Source of the DNA: Vicinamibacteria bacterium
Lineage (GTDB): Bacteria; Acidobacteriota; Vicinamibacteria; Marinacidobacterales; Marinacidobacteraceae
Direction of reading: 5' to 3'
NCBI GenBank assembly: GCA_965199715.1
Contig: OZ241322.1
Span: forward strand, 1,024,001-1,088,000
Length of the DNA stretch: 64,000 nucleotides
Within the stretch, counting starts at the first letter, position 1. The number at the start of each line of letters is the position of its first letter. Below the pieces are notes generated by a model that ran no database searches, was not told where the DNA came from, and saw only the letters and a program-made list of their open reading frames with translations. The position numbers were made by a program, and so were the translations under genes. Positions 55,279-64,000 of the stretch are shown one piece after another.

Positions 55279-57597
55279 GTGCGCATCGCAGCCAGTCTCC
55301 TGACGCTCGTCGGCCTCGCGCTGCCCGCCTCCGCTTCGGAGGTCGTCGGGGCGATCGAGGCTCCGGACGGGAGCGCGGTGGCCGGCGCGAGCGTTCTGGT
55401 CACGCTCGCGGGCGGCGAAACCCGCGAGACGGTCAGCGACGGCTCCGGGTCCTTCCGGTTCGACTCGCTCCCGGTGGGCGAGCACCGGCTGACGGTGCTC
55501 CGGGAGGGGTTCGGGAGCCGCACCGTGGCGATTCGGGTCGAGGCCGGCGGCCAGGTCCGCATCAGCATCCCGCTCGCGCTCGCGTACTCCGAGACCGTCT
55601 CGGTCACCGGGCAGAACCTCGAGCGCGACCGCTTCGAGGAGGGCGCGAGCGTGGCCGTGGTCGATGGAGCGCGACTCGAGGCCGGCACGGACACCGACCT
55701 CTACGACCTGGTCGCCATGACGCCCAACGTGAACGCGCCGACGGACCGCAGCGGTTTCTCGATCCGGGGGATTCCGCAGGGCGGCTTCGGCGGCGGCAGC
55801 GGCCTCCTGGTGAGCGTCCGGGTGGACGGCGCCCCGGTGGAGGGCTACCAGGCGACGTCCTTCGGCCCGTTCGCCACGTGGGATCTGGACCGGGTCGAGG
55901 TCTTCCGGGGTCCGCAGTCCACCCAGCAGGGCCGCAACTCGCTCGCCGGCGCCATCGTGATGCGCAGCGCGGACCCGACCTTCCGCACCGAGGCGCGGGC
56001 GCGCGTCCGCTACGGCGACGAGACGCAGTTGGCGGCGACCGTGAACGTCCCGTTCGCCGACAAGGCCGCCTTCCGGATCTCCGCCGACGTGCGGCAGTCC
56101 GACGGGTTCGTCCACAACGAGATCATGGACGACGACGCATGGGACTTCCGGGACGCGCGGAACCTGCGGGCCAAGTTCCTCTTCCAGCCCACCGAGCGCT
56201 TCGAGGGGCTGCTCACGCTCGTGAACAACGAGAACAACGCCGGCGGCGGCGGAATCGTGACCGCGCGCTTCCCCGAGGAGCGGGTGAACCTCTCCGACCG
56301 GAAGTCGGAGGAGGGCTCGGAGCACCGGATCGCCACGATGGAGCTCGGCTACGACGGGGGCGCGGTGCGGATCGAGTCCACGACGAGCCTCTACGACCAC
56401 GACTACCACCGGAACGTGGACCTCGACCAGACCCCCGTTCCCGCCGGCGTCATCGACTACGCGACCGACGACCGCTGGTTCAGCCAGGAGGTCCGGGGAC
56501 TGTGGCGCGGGGCGCGCCATCAGGGCGTCGTCGGGCTGTATCTCGCGGATCTCGACGACTCGCTCCGGGCGGACACGAGCGGCCCCGGCGAGCTGGCGGG
56601 GCTGCCTCCCGGGTTCACGCTGACCGCGTGGTTCGAGACCGCCGAGGCGACCCGCAACACCGCGCTGTTCGGCGAGTTCGACCTGAACCTCGCCGCCGAC
56701 TGGACGGTGACGCTCGGCAGCCGCCTCGATCGCGAGTCCCGCGACATCCACAACCAACAAGGACTCACGTCGGAGCCGACGCTCCCGGGGCTTCCGGGCG
56801 CGGACCAGCCGCCGGACGACCTGAACGCCGAATACACGGCCTTCCTGCCGAAGGTCGCGGTCCGGCGCGAATGGACCGACGCGCTCTCGACCTCGGTCTC
56901 GTGGCAGCGCGGGTACCGCGCCGGCGGGCAGTCGATCACGGTCCTGAGCCGTCAGGTCAACAACTTCGACCCCGAGTTCACCGACAACTACGAGTTCTCG
57001 ATCCGGGCGCGCACCGGGGACGGGCGCGGATTCCTGAGCGCCAACGCGTTCTTCACCGACTGGAAGGACCAGCAGGTCCGGGTCCGCACCGAACTCGGGC
57101 TGCCGGTGGACACCCTGATCGTGAACGCGGGCGAGTCCTCGGTGGCCGGCGCCGAACTGGAGGCCTCGTGGTGGACGAACCGCAACCTTCAGTTCTTCGG
57201 CTCGGCCGGCCTGCTGCGCACCCGGTTCGACCAGTTCGTCAGCGGCGACTTCGACTTCTCCGGCAACGAGTTCCCGGGCGCGCCGCGCTGGTCGCTCCTC
57301 GGCGGCGTCGCGTGGCGGCCGACGGAATGGGCGTCGGCCACCGTCGAGGCGAGCTCGCAGGCCGGGACCTTCTCGACCGCGAGGAACGAAGCGGAGTTCG
57401 AGGTGGACGGGCGCACGCTGGTGAACGCCCGGTTCGGGGTCGAGCGCGAGGGCGCCGGAATCTGGCTCTACGGCCGCAACCTGCTGGACGAGGCGTACCT
57501 TCTCAACGTGTTCAGCCTCGACGTCGTGGGAGCGGGCAACCGCGGATACGCCGGGCCGCCCCGGACCGTCGGGGTCGAGCTCAGCTACCGGTACTGA
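55279..57597 (+). CDS. TonB-dependent receptor with N-terminal carboxypeptidase-regulatory-like domain
   Basis: AAGGAGG upstream, signal peptide, FSIRGI, VDG, RVEVFRGPQST..GRN..AGAI, GYRAGG, NLLDE.Y, terminal YRY. Confidence 0.93.
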   Translation: MRIAASLLTLVGLALPASASEVVGAIEAPDGSAVAGASVLVTLAGGETRETVSDGSGSFRFDSLPVGEHRLTVLREGFGSRTVAIRVEAGGQVRISIPLALAYSETVSVTGQNLERDRFEEGASVAVVDGARLEAGTDTDLYDLVAMTPNVNAPTDRSGFSIRGIPQGGFGGGSGLLVSVRVDGAPVEGYQATSFGPFATWDLDRVEVFRGPQSTQQGRNSLAGAIVMRSADPTFRTEARARVRYGDETQLAATVNVPFADKAAFRISADVRQSDGFVHNEIMDDDAWDFRDARNLRAKFLFQPTERFEGLLTLVNNENNAGGGGIVTARFPEERVNLSDRKSEEGSEHRIATMELGYDGGAVRIESTTSLYDHDYHRNVDLDQTPVPAGVIDYATDDRWFSQEVRGLWRGARHQGVVGLYLADLDDSLRADTSGPGELAGLPPGFTLTAWFETAEATRNTALFGEFDLNLAADWTVTLGSRLDRESRDIHNQQGLTSEPTLPGLPGADQPPDDLNAEYTAFLPKVAVRREWTDALSTSVSWQRGYRAGGQSITVLSRQVNNFDPEFTDNYEFSIRARTGDGRGFLSANAFFTDWKDQQVRVRTELGLPVDTLIVNAGESSVAGAELEASWWTNRNLQFFGSAGLLRTRFDQFVSGDFDFSGNEFPGAPRWSLLGGVAWRPTEWASATVEASSQAGTFSTARNEAEFEVDGRTLVNARFGVEREGAGIWLYGRNLLDEAYLLNVFSLDVVGAGNRGYAGPPRTVGVELSYRY

Positions 57598-58646
57598 AGC
57601 GAGCGGCGGGCGCCTTCCTCGCCGAGCCGTAGCTCCACGTCGGCGGTGAGGTCGGGCGCGGCGCGCTCGCCCCGCGCGAGCGCCAGATGTCCGGCGGCCG
57701 CGATCATCGCGGCGTTGTCGGTCGAGAGCGCGACGCTCGGGACGACCACCGGCAGCCCCGCGTCCGCTCCGAGGCGGCGGAACCGCTCGCGAAGCGCCGA
57801 GTTGGCGGCGACCCCGCCGGACAGCAGGACGGCGCGCGCGCCCGAATCGGGAAGCGCCCGCACGACCGACCGGGCGAGCGTCCGCACGACCGCCGACTGG
57901 AAGGACGCGGCGAGGTCCAGCAGGTCCCGGCGGGCGAAGGGATCCCCGCCCGGCGCCAGCGGCTCGATCTCCTGCGCCTCGATGAGCCGCAGCACCTGGG
58001 TCTTGAGGCCGGAGAAGCTGAAGTCGAGCCGGGCCCCGTCCGAGAAGAACGGGAGCGAGAACGCGTGCCGGCCGGGGTCGCCGCGCTGGGCCATCCGGTC
58101 GAGGATCGGCCCGCCGGGGTAGCCGAGGCCGAGCCGCTTCGCGACCTTGTCGTAGGCCTCGCCGGCGGCGTCGTCGCGGGTCTTGCCGAGCAGCGCGTAG
58201 GCGCCCTCGGTCTCGCTCAGGAAGAGGCTCGTGTGCCCGCCGGAGACCACGAGCGCGAGCGCCGGGTGCGGGATCTCCGGTCGTTCGAGGTAGCAGGCGC
58301 GGATATGCCCTTCGATGTGATCCACCCCGACGAGCGGGACGCCGCGGGCGAAGGCGAACGCCTTGGCGAAGGAGACCCCGGTCAGGAGCGCCCCCATGAG
58401 CCCCGGCCCCCGGGTCACCGCGACCGCGTCGAGGTCGTCCGCCCCGATTCCCGCGGCCTCGAGCGCGCCGCGGACGACCGGGGTCAGGTGGAGCAGGTGC
58501 TGGCGGGAGGCGATCTCGGGCACCACGCCGCCGAAGGGAGCGTGCTCGCTCTGCGACGAGACCACGTTCGAGAGGATCCGGCGGCCGTCCTCGACCACCG
58601 CGGCCGAGGTCTCGTCGCAGGAGGTCTCGATTCCGAGGATCAGCAC
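57585..58646 (-). CDS. tsaD: tRNA threonylcarbamoyladenosine transferase
   Basis: LGIETSCDET, GGVVPEIASR, HIEGH, VSGGHT, DDAAGEA.DK, FSFSGLK, DNAAMI. Confidence 0.97.
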   Translation of the reverse strand: MLILGIETSCDETSAAVVEDGRRILSNVVSSQSEHAPFGGVVPEIASRQHLLHLTPVVRGALEAAGIGADDLDAVAVTRGPGLMGALLTGVSFAKAFAFARGVPLVGVDHIEGHIRACYLERPEIPHPALALVVSGGHTSLFLSETEGAYALLGKTRDDAAGEAYDKVAKRLGLGYPGGPILDRMAQRGDPGRHAFSLPFFSDGARLDFSFSGLKTQVLRLIEAQEIEPLAPGGDPFARRDLLDLAASFQSAVVRTLARSVVRALPDSGARAVLLSGGVAANSALRERFRRLGADAGLPVVVPSVALSTDNAAMIAAAGHLALARGERAAPDLTADVELRLGEEGARRSLQYR

Positions 58647-58693
58647 GGTCGGGCCGCAGCATAGTCCGGCGGGCTGCTACGGTTTCGCCCGCG

Positions 58694-59755
58694 GTGGTGA
58701 CCCCGATGCGTTGGGACGGCGGGGAGCGGGCGCTCCATCTGCTCGACCAGCGACGCCTCCCCGCCGAGGAGACCTGGCTCGTCTGCCGGACCCCGTCCGA
58801 AGTGGCGGACGCCATCCGGAGCATGGTCGTGCGCGGGGCGCCCGCGATCGGGATCGCGGCGGCGTGGGGCGTCGCGCTCGGGTTCCGCGCCGGCGAGAAG
58901 GCCTCCCCGGAGCGGTTCGAGGCGATCGCCCGGGAGCTGTTCGCGACAAGGCCGACCGCCTACAACCTCCAGTCCGCTCTCGATCGGATGCGCGGCGCGG
59001 CGGACGTCGCCGAACTGGAGGCCCGGGCGGCGGCCATCCAGCGGGAGGATCTCGAAGCGAACCGGCGGATGGGACGGCTCGGCGCGACGCTGCTGCCGGA
59101 GCGGGCGGAGCCAGTGCGCGTCCTCACCCACTGCAACGCCGGGGCGCTCGCGACTTCGGGCTACGGCACCGCGCTCGGCGTCGTGAGGGCGCTCGCGGAC
59201 GCCGGGCGGCCGGTGGAGGTGTTCGCCCCCGAGACCCGTCCGTTCCTCCAGGGGGCGCGGTTGACCGCGTGGGAGCTTCGGCGGGACCGCATCCCGGTGA
59301 CGCTCATCACCGACGGGATGGTGGGGGCGCTGCTCCAGAGCGGCCGGGTGGACGCGGTGGTCGTCGGCGCCGACCGCATCGCGGGCAACGGCGACGCCGC
59401 GAACAAGATCGGCACCTACCAGGCGGCCGTTCTCGCAAGGGAGCACGGCGTCCCGTTCCACGTGGTCGCCCCGCGCTCGACGCTGGACCGGAGCGCGCCG
59501 GACGGCGCGTCCATCCCGATCGAGCAGCGCGAACCGACGGAGGTGACCGGGTTCGGCGGCGCCGAAGTCGCGCCGCCGGGAGTTCCGGTCTGGAATCCCG
59601 CGTTCGACGTGACTCCGGCGCGGCTGATCACCGCGATCGTCACCGAGGCCGGCGTGGCGCGGCCTCCCTTCCGGGAGTCGCTCGCCGGCCTCGGGACCGG
59701 CGCTCAGCCGTTCCAGCGAACGAAGAAGATGATGAGCGACGTGACGAAGGCGTAG
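58694..59755 (+). CDS. mtnA: S-methyl-5-thioribose-1-phosphate isomerase
   Basis: LLDQRRLP, VRGAPAIG, TRPTA.NL, THCNAGALAT, ETRP.LQGARLT.WE, GADRI..NGD.ANKIGTY, NPAFDVTP. Confidence 0.96.
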   Translation: MVTPMRWDGGERALHLLDQRRLPAEETWLVCRTPSEVADAIRSMVVRGAPAIGIAAAWGVALGFRAGEKASPERFEAIARELFATRPTAYNLQSALDRMRGAADVAELEARAAAIQREDLEANRRMGRLGATLLPERAEPVRVLTHCNAGALATSGYGTALGVVRALADAGRPVEVFAPETRPFLQGARLTAWELRRDRIPVTLITDGMVGALLQSGRVDAVVVGADRIAGNGDAANKIGTYQAAVLAREHGVPFHVVAPRSTLDRSAPDGASIPIEQREPTEVTGFGGAEVAPPGVPVWNPAFDVTPARLITAIVTEAGVARPPFRESLAGLGTGAQPFQRTKKMMSDVTKA

Positions 59756-60021
59756 ATGACCAGGGACTCGATCAGCACGAGGCCGAGCAGCAGCGAGAAC
59801 CGGATCTGGGGCGCGGCGCCTGGGTTGCGAGCGAGGCTCTCGCAGGCGCCGACGACGGCGCGGCCCTGGGCGAAGGCGCCCATCGAGCCGGTGATGGCGA
59901 TCGCGCTCGCGCCGGCGATGAGGGCCCACTTGGTGACCATCGGATCCCAGGAACCCTGAGCGAACGCCGGGGAGGCGAAGACGACTCCGGCGGCGAGAAG
60001 GACGGCGGTCCGCAGCTTCAT
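59704..60021 (-). CDS. atpE: F0 ATP synthase subunit c with N-terminal signal-like extension
   Basis: QG...ARNP loop and LIESLVIY. Confidence 0.93.
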   Translation of the reverse strand: MKLRTAVLLAAGVVFASPAFAQGSWDPMVTKWALIAGASAIAITGSMGAFAQGRAVVGACESLARNPGAAPQIRFSLLLGLVLIESLVIYAFVTSLIIFFVRWNG

Positions 60022-60074
60022 GGACACGTTGGATGTTCTCCTTGATGGACAGGTGGCGGCCGCGACGGGGCCGA

Positions 60075-60764
60075 TCAGTGCTCTTCCGCGACGACCGCGC
60101 CGCCCAGATAGATGACGGTGAGCATGGTGAAGACGAAGGCCTGGAGGAAGCTCCCGAAGACCCCGAACAGCATCATCGGGACCGGAACCACGAAGGGGGC
60201 GATCAGCATCAGCACGATCACCACGAGCTCCTCCCCGAAGATGTTGCCGAACAGCCGCACCGAGAGCGACAGCATCCGGCTCAGGTGGCTGATGATCTCG
60301 ATGGGGAGCATGATCACCGCCAGCGCGAGGCTCGGCCCGAGGAAGTGGGCGAAGTACTTGCCCGCGCCCTGCGCCCGGATCCCCTGGTAGTTGTAGTAGA
60401 GGAAGGCCACGATCGCGCAGCCGACGGGCATGTTGATGTTCACCGTCGGCGACGAGAGGAACGGCACCAGCCCGGCGAGGTTGCTGACGAGGATGAACAG
60501 GCCGATGGTTCCCACGAGCCCGAGGAACGGGCGGCCCTTCTCTCCGACGTTCTCCCTCAGGAGCGCGAGCAGCCCGCCCACCAGCAGCTCGACCACGAGC
60601 TGCAGCTTGCCCGGCTCGCGCACCGAGAGCCGCCGGCGGAACCAGAGCGAGAACCCGACCAGGCCGAGCGCGCCGACCACCGCCATCACGACGTGGTCCG
60701 GCGGATGCACGTGCGCCCACAGCTCGATGAGCTGGGAGAAGAGCGAAGGATGATGGAGTTCCAC
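60075..60764 (-). CDS. atpB: F0 ATP synthase subunit a
   Basis: PGKLQ..E, SNL.GLVP, PIE.IS..SR.LSLSVRLFGN, LQAFVF..L. Confidence 0.96.
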   Translation of the reverse strand: MELHHPSLFSQLIELWAHVHPPDHVVMAVVGALGLVGFSLWFRRRLSVREPGKLQLVVELLVGGLLALLRENVGEKGRPFLGLVGTIGLFILVSNLAGLVPFLSSPTVNINMPVGCAIVAFLYYNYQGIRAQGAGKYFAHFLGPSLALAVIMLPIEIISHLSRMLSLSVRLFGNIFGEELVVIVLMLIAPFVVPVPMMLFGVFGSFLQAFVFTMLTVIYLGGAVVAEEH

Positions 60765-60800
60765 GGCGGAAGGGGTGAGCGGGAGGGGAACCGGACGCGG

Positions 60801-61226
60801 TCAGGCGCGGTCGGCTTCGGACTCCGGTTTCGCGGCGGTCTCGCGTTCCTGGCCGGAACCCCGGGAGAGGTTGCGGCCCTCGCCGAACAGCTCCAGAACC
60901 ACGGCGCCGAGCGGCGCCCCCAAGCCGGCGATCACGCCGAGAACGCTCGCCTCCCAGACCGCAATTATTACGAACAGCAGCGCCCCTAGCAAGGCGTAGC
61001 GAAGCCCGGTGAGCGCCGCGGCGATCAGCGCCGCCCGGCCTCCGGCGAGACCCGCGGCGCCCTCGGCGATGGTCTTCAGGACGCGCAGGTTCGCGACCGA
61101 GATCATCGCGCCGGCGAACGCCGACAGCGCCTCCCGGGGGCCGAACAGGAGCGCGAGGAACGAGGCGGCGAGGCCGATCAGGAGGCCGCGCCGGACGAGG
61201 CGCGACTCGCGGACCCCGGAGCTCAT
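60801..61226 (-). CDS. atpI: ATP synthase accessory protein I
   Basis: Four hydrophobic helices, located upstream of atpB. Confidence 0.75.
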   Translation of the reverse strand: MSSGVRESRLVRRGLLIGLAASFLALLFGPREALSAFAGAMISVANLRVLKTIAEGAAGLAGGRAALIAAALTGLRYALLGALLFVIIAVWEASVLGVIAGLGAPLGAVVLELFGEGRNLSRGSGQERETAAKPESEADRA

Positions 61227-61444
61227 TCGTCCTCAGTCGCGGCGGCGACGGCGCGGAACAGGTTCCGGAAGCCCGCGGCGATCCCGGCGATCAGGCCGAG
61301 CGCCGCGAGCCACGGCGCCGTGCCCAGCCAGCGGTCGAGAAGCCAGCCGCCGCCGGCCCCGAGCGCGATCGCGATGGGAAGGCCGAACCCGAGGGCGAGC
61401 AGGTTCAGCAGGCGGGCGTTCGGCGGAGCCGTGGAGTCAGTCGT
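61223..61444 (-). CDS. atpZ: AtpZ/AtpI (ATPase_gene1) small membrane protein; no canonical start codon
   Basis: Not in the ORF track. Reads TDSTAPPNARLLNLLALGFGLPIAIALGAGGGWLLDRWLGTAPWLAALGLIAGIAAGFRNLFR..., and its stop overlaps the atpI ATG. An in-frame stop sits at 61448-61450, so only ACG (61444) or a downstream CTG can start it. Confidence 0.85.
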   Translation of the reverse strand, partial: TTDSTAPPNARLLNLLALGFGLPIAIALGAGGGWLLDRWLGTAPWLAALGLIAGIAAGFRNLFRAVAAATEDE

Positions 61445-63005
61445 CGCTCAGGGACTCCGGCTCGGTTTCGACCGGCGCCGGCGGGGCCTCGGCGGTCGCC
61501 GACTCGGGCGAGAGACGCTCGACGATGGCCGCCACCGGAACCTCCAGCTTGTCGAGGAACGGCTTCGGGTACACGCCGATGAAGACGCACAGGACGACGA
61601 TCGGGATGAGGGTCGCGCTCTCGCGGGGCGTGACGTCGAGGAGCTTCTTGTTCTCCTCCTTGTCCAGCTTGCCGAACATGAGCCGCTGGTACAGCCACAG
61701 CAGGTAGGCGGCGCCGAGCACGATGCCGGAGACCGCGAACGCCGCGTACACCCAGTTGACCTGGAAGACGCCCTGCAGAATCAGGAACTCGCCGATGAAC
61801 CCGTTCAGCATCGGCAGGCCCATCGAGGCGAGCGCGATGATGAGGAACATCGCCGCATAGACCGGCACGACCTTCGCGATCCCGCCGTAGGCGGCGATCT
61901 CGCGGGTGCGCCGCTGCTCGTACATGATGCCGACAAGCAGGAAGAGTCCCCCGGTCGAGAGACCGTGGTTGATCATCTGGAGGATGCCGCCCTCCAGGCC
62001 GAGCGTGTTCAGGGCGAAGATTCCGAGCATCACGAAGCCGAGGTGGCTGACGGAGCTGTAGGCGACGAGGCTCTTCCAGTCCTTCTGGACGAGCGCGACC
62101 AGCGCCCCGTAGATGATCCCGATGATGGCGAGCGTGGCGACCCACCACACCGCCTCGCGGCTCGCGTCGGGGAGCAGCGGGATCGAGAACCGCACGAACC
62201 CGTACGTGCCCATCTTCAGGAGCACGCCCGCCAGGATGACCGATCCGGCGGTCGGGGCCTGGACGTGCGCGTCGGGCAGCCAGGTGTGGAACGGGAACAT
62301 CGGCACCTTGATCGCGAAGCCGATGAAGAACGCGAGGAAGACCCAGAACTGGAGCCCGGCGGCGTAGTCGGTGCCGAGCAGCCGCAGCAGGTCGAAGGTG
62401 TGCTCGCCGGTCGCGGCGTGGTGCGCGAAGTAGAGCGCGAGGATGCCGAGCAGCATCAGCACGCTGCCGACCAGCGTGTAGAGGAAGAACTTGATCGCCG
62501 CGTAGAGCTTGCGGGCGCCGCCCCAGACGCCGATGAGGAAGTACATCGGCACCAGCATCACTTCCCAGAACACGTAGAACAGGAAGAAGTCGAGGGCGAC
62601 GAACACCCCGAGCATGCCGGTCTGGAGGAACAGCAGGAAGACGTAGTACTGCTTGACCCGCTCGGTGACGGCGGTCCACGAGGAGAGGATCGCGATGAAC
62701 CCGAGCAGCGTGGTCATCAGGATCAGCAGCAGGCTGATCCCGTCCATGGCGATGTTGTATTCGACCCCGATGCTCGGGATCCACTCGTAGCGCTCGCTGA
62801 ACTGGAACTGCGGGCCGGAGGCGTCGAAGGCGAACCACAGCGGCAGCGAGATCAGGAACCCGACGAACGCCGCGATGTTGGCCATCCAGCGAATCCCGTT
62901 CTCGTTCTTCTTGTCCATGAGGAACAGGATGAGAAGCGCCGCGATCGCCGGAAAGAACACGACCAGCGAGAGGATCGGGAAGTTGAAGGGGTTGTTCTCA
63001 AACAT
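61437..63005 (-). CDS. nuoM: NADH-quinone oxidoreductase subunit M
   Basis: DGISLLL, FYVFWE..LVPMYFLIG.WG, KVPMFPFHTWLPDAH, LLKMG.YG, AYSSVSH. Confidence 0.97.
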   Translation of the reverse strand: MFENNPFNFPILSLVVFFPAIAALLILFLMDKKNENGIRWMANIAAFVGFLISLPLWFAFDASGPQFQFSERYEWIPSIGVEYNIAMDGISLLLILMTTLLGFIAILSSWTAVTERVKQYYVFLLFLQTGMLGVFVALDFFLFYVFWEVMLVPMYFLIGVWGGARKLYAAIKFFLYTLVGSVLMLLGILALYFAHHAATGEHTFDLLRLLGTDYAAGLQFWVFLAFFIGFAIKVPMFPFHTWLPDAHVQAPTAGSVILAGVLLKMGTYGFVRFSIPLLPDASREAVWWVATLAIIGIIYGALVALVQKDWKSLVAYSSVSHLGFVMLGIFALNTLGLEGGILQMINHGLSTGGLFLLVGIMYEQRRTREIAAYGGIAKVVPVYAAMFLIIALASMGLPMLNGFIGEFLILQGVFQVNWVYAAFAVSGIVLGAAYLLWLYQRLMFGKLDKEENKKLLDVTPRESATLIPIVVLCVFIGVYPKPFLDKLEVPVAAIVERLSPESATAEAPPAPVETEPESLSDD

Positions 63006-63017
63006 TGCGAACGAGCT

Positions 63018-64000
63018 CTATCCCCAGAGGAAGAAGAACGCGGAGAGCGCCACGAGGGCCAGCAGCATGAGCAGGGCGTAGTTCTGGAACAGGCCGGTCT
63101 GGACGGCGCGGGCGCGCCCCGAGAGGCCGTCGAGGATCTCGGCCACGAGGTTCACCGCCCGGTCCACGAGGTGCTGGTCGGAAAGGTCGGAGAGATCGCC
63201 GCCGAGGCGGGTGACGGACGCGGCGCCGTTGACCGCGCCGTCCACCACCTTGCCGTCGAAGCGGCTGAGCCCCTCGGCGCCCCGGAGCGTGCCGGAGACC
63301 GCGGTGGCGTCGTAGATCTCGTCCACGTAGTACTTGTTGGAGAGCAGCCGGAAGGCGCCGCCGCCGGCGAGCGCCGCGTCCCGGGCCGGATCGGTCCAGT
63401 ACCGCTTGCGGGCGTACCAGATTCCGGCGAGCGCGAGCCCCACCGACAGGCCCATGAGCAGGTACTCGACGGTGTAGGAGGCGTGGTGCGGCGCCGGGGG
63501 CGCGTGCCCGCCGGCCCAGATGGCGGGCTCGAGGAAGTGCTCGATCCGGTTCGACCCGCCGAGCGCGGCGGGAACGCCGACGAAGCCGGCGACCACCGAC
63601 CCGGCGGCCAGGACCACGAGCGGGATCGTCATCGAGGACGACGACTCGCGGAGGTGCTTCTCCATCGAGGCGCCGCCCCGGAAGTCGCCCCAGAAGGTCA
63701 TGATGACCTGCCGGCTCATGTAGAAGGCGGTCATGGCCGCGGCCGCCGCGGCGAGGCCCCACAGCGCGAGGTGGCCGCCCTCGAAGGTCTTCCAGAGGAT
63801 TTCGTCCTTGCTGAAGAAGCCGGCGAGCGGCGGGATTCCGGCGATCGCCACCGTGGCGATCATGAACGTCCACGCGGTGCGCGGCATGTGCCGGACGAGG
63901 CCGCCCATGTTCCGCATGTCCTGCATGGCGGCGTAGTGGCGACGCCCGCCCGAGGCGTGCTCGGCGCGCTCCATCGCATGGATCACGCTGCCCGAGCCGA
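63018..64000 (-). CDS. nuoL: NADH-quinone oxidoreductase subunit L (C-terminal part; starts outside the window)
   Basis: GSVIH, QDMRNMGGL, GIPPLAGFFSKDEI, TAFYM, KYYVDE.Y, QTG..QNY. Confidence 0.96.
   Translation of the reverse strand, partial: GSGSVIHAMERAEHASGGRRHYAAMQDMRNMGGLVRHMPRTAWTFMIATVAIAGIPPLAGFFSKDEILWKTFEGGHLALWGLAAAAAAMTAFYMSRQVIMTFWGDFRGGASMEKHLRESSSSMTIPLVVLAAGSVVAGFVGVPAALGGSNRIEHFLEPAIWAGGHAPPAPHHASYTVEYLLMGLSVGLALAGIWYARKRYWTDPARDAALAGGGAFRLLSNKYYVDEIYDATAVSGTLRGAEGLSRFDGKVVDGAVNGAASVTRLGGDLSDLSDQHLVDRAVNLVAEILDGLSGRARAVQTGLFQNYALLMLLALVALSAFFFLWG

Noticed and set aside
55243-58824. 1193-aa minus-strand ORF
   Set aside because: Shadow of the TonB receptor and off-frame to tsaD.

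Overview
High-GC (roughly 70% by eye) chromosomal segment of a diderm bacterium. The gene content (nuoLM followed directly by atpZ/I/B/E, DUF1844-ribF, PD40-fused hydrolases, DUF5916) looks like Acidobacteriota, but that is inference. Most of the window is densely packed housekeeping genes: cysS, ribF, mazG, comEC, birA, icmF, rpsA, korAB, pdxST, pal, pyrKDF, tmk, holB, tsaD, mtnA, the F0 atp genes, nuoLM and three tRNAs. I saw no integrase, transposase, rRNA or CRISPR array. Four things stand out. (1) At the left end, downstream of tRNA-Gly/Cys, an apparent idi-TolC-MFP-RND operon runs into a tandem array of at least three P450 paralogues. The two whose C-terminus is visible share a non-canonical heme loop (FG-x-E-x-R-x-C-x-W), the intact copy lacks the I-helix Thr, and one copy is internally deleted. 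(2) A single polypeptide fuses a form IV RuBisCO-like protein to a methylsulfurylase-type cupin (MTA-isoprenoid shunt), with mtnA 5 kb away. (3) An intact EgtB-like ORF has lost most of its metal and catalytic residues. (4) Several genes seem to start at CTG/ACG in stop-start overlaps or to be leaderless. All calls come from motif recognition by eye; no database search was run.
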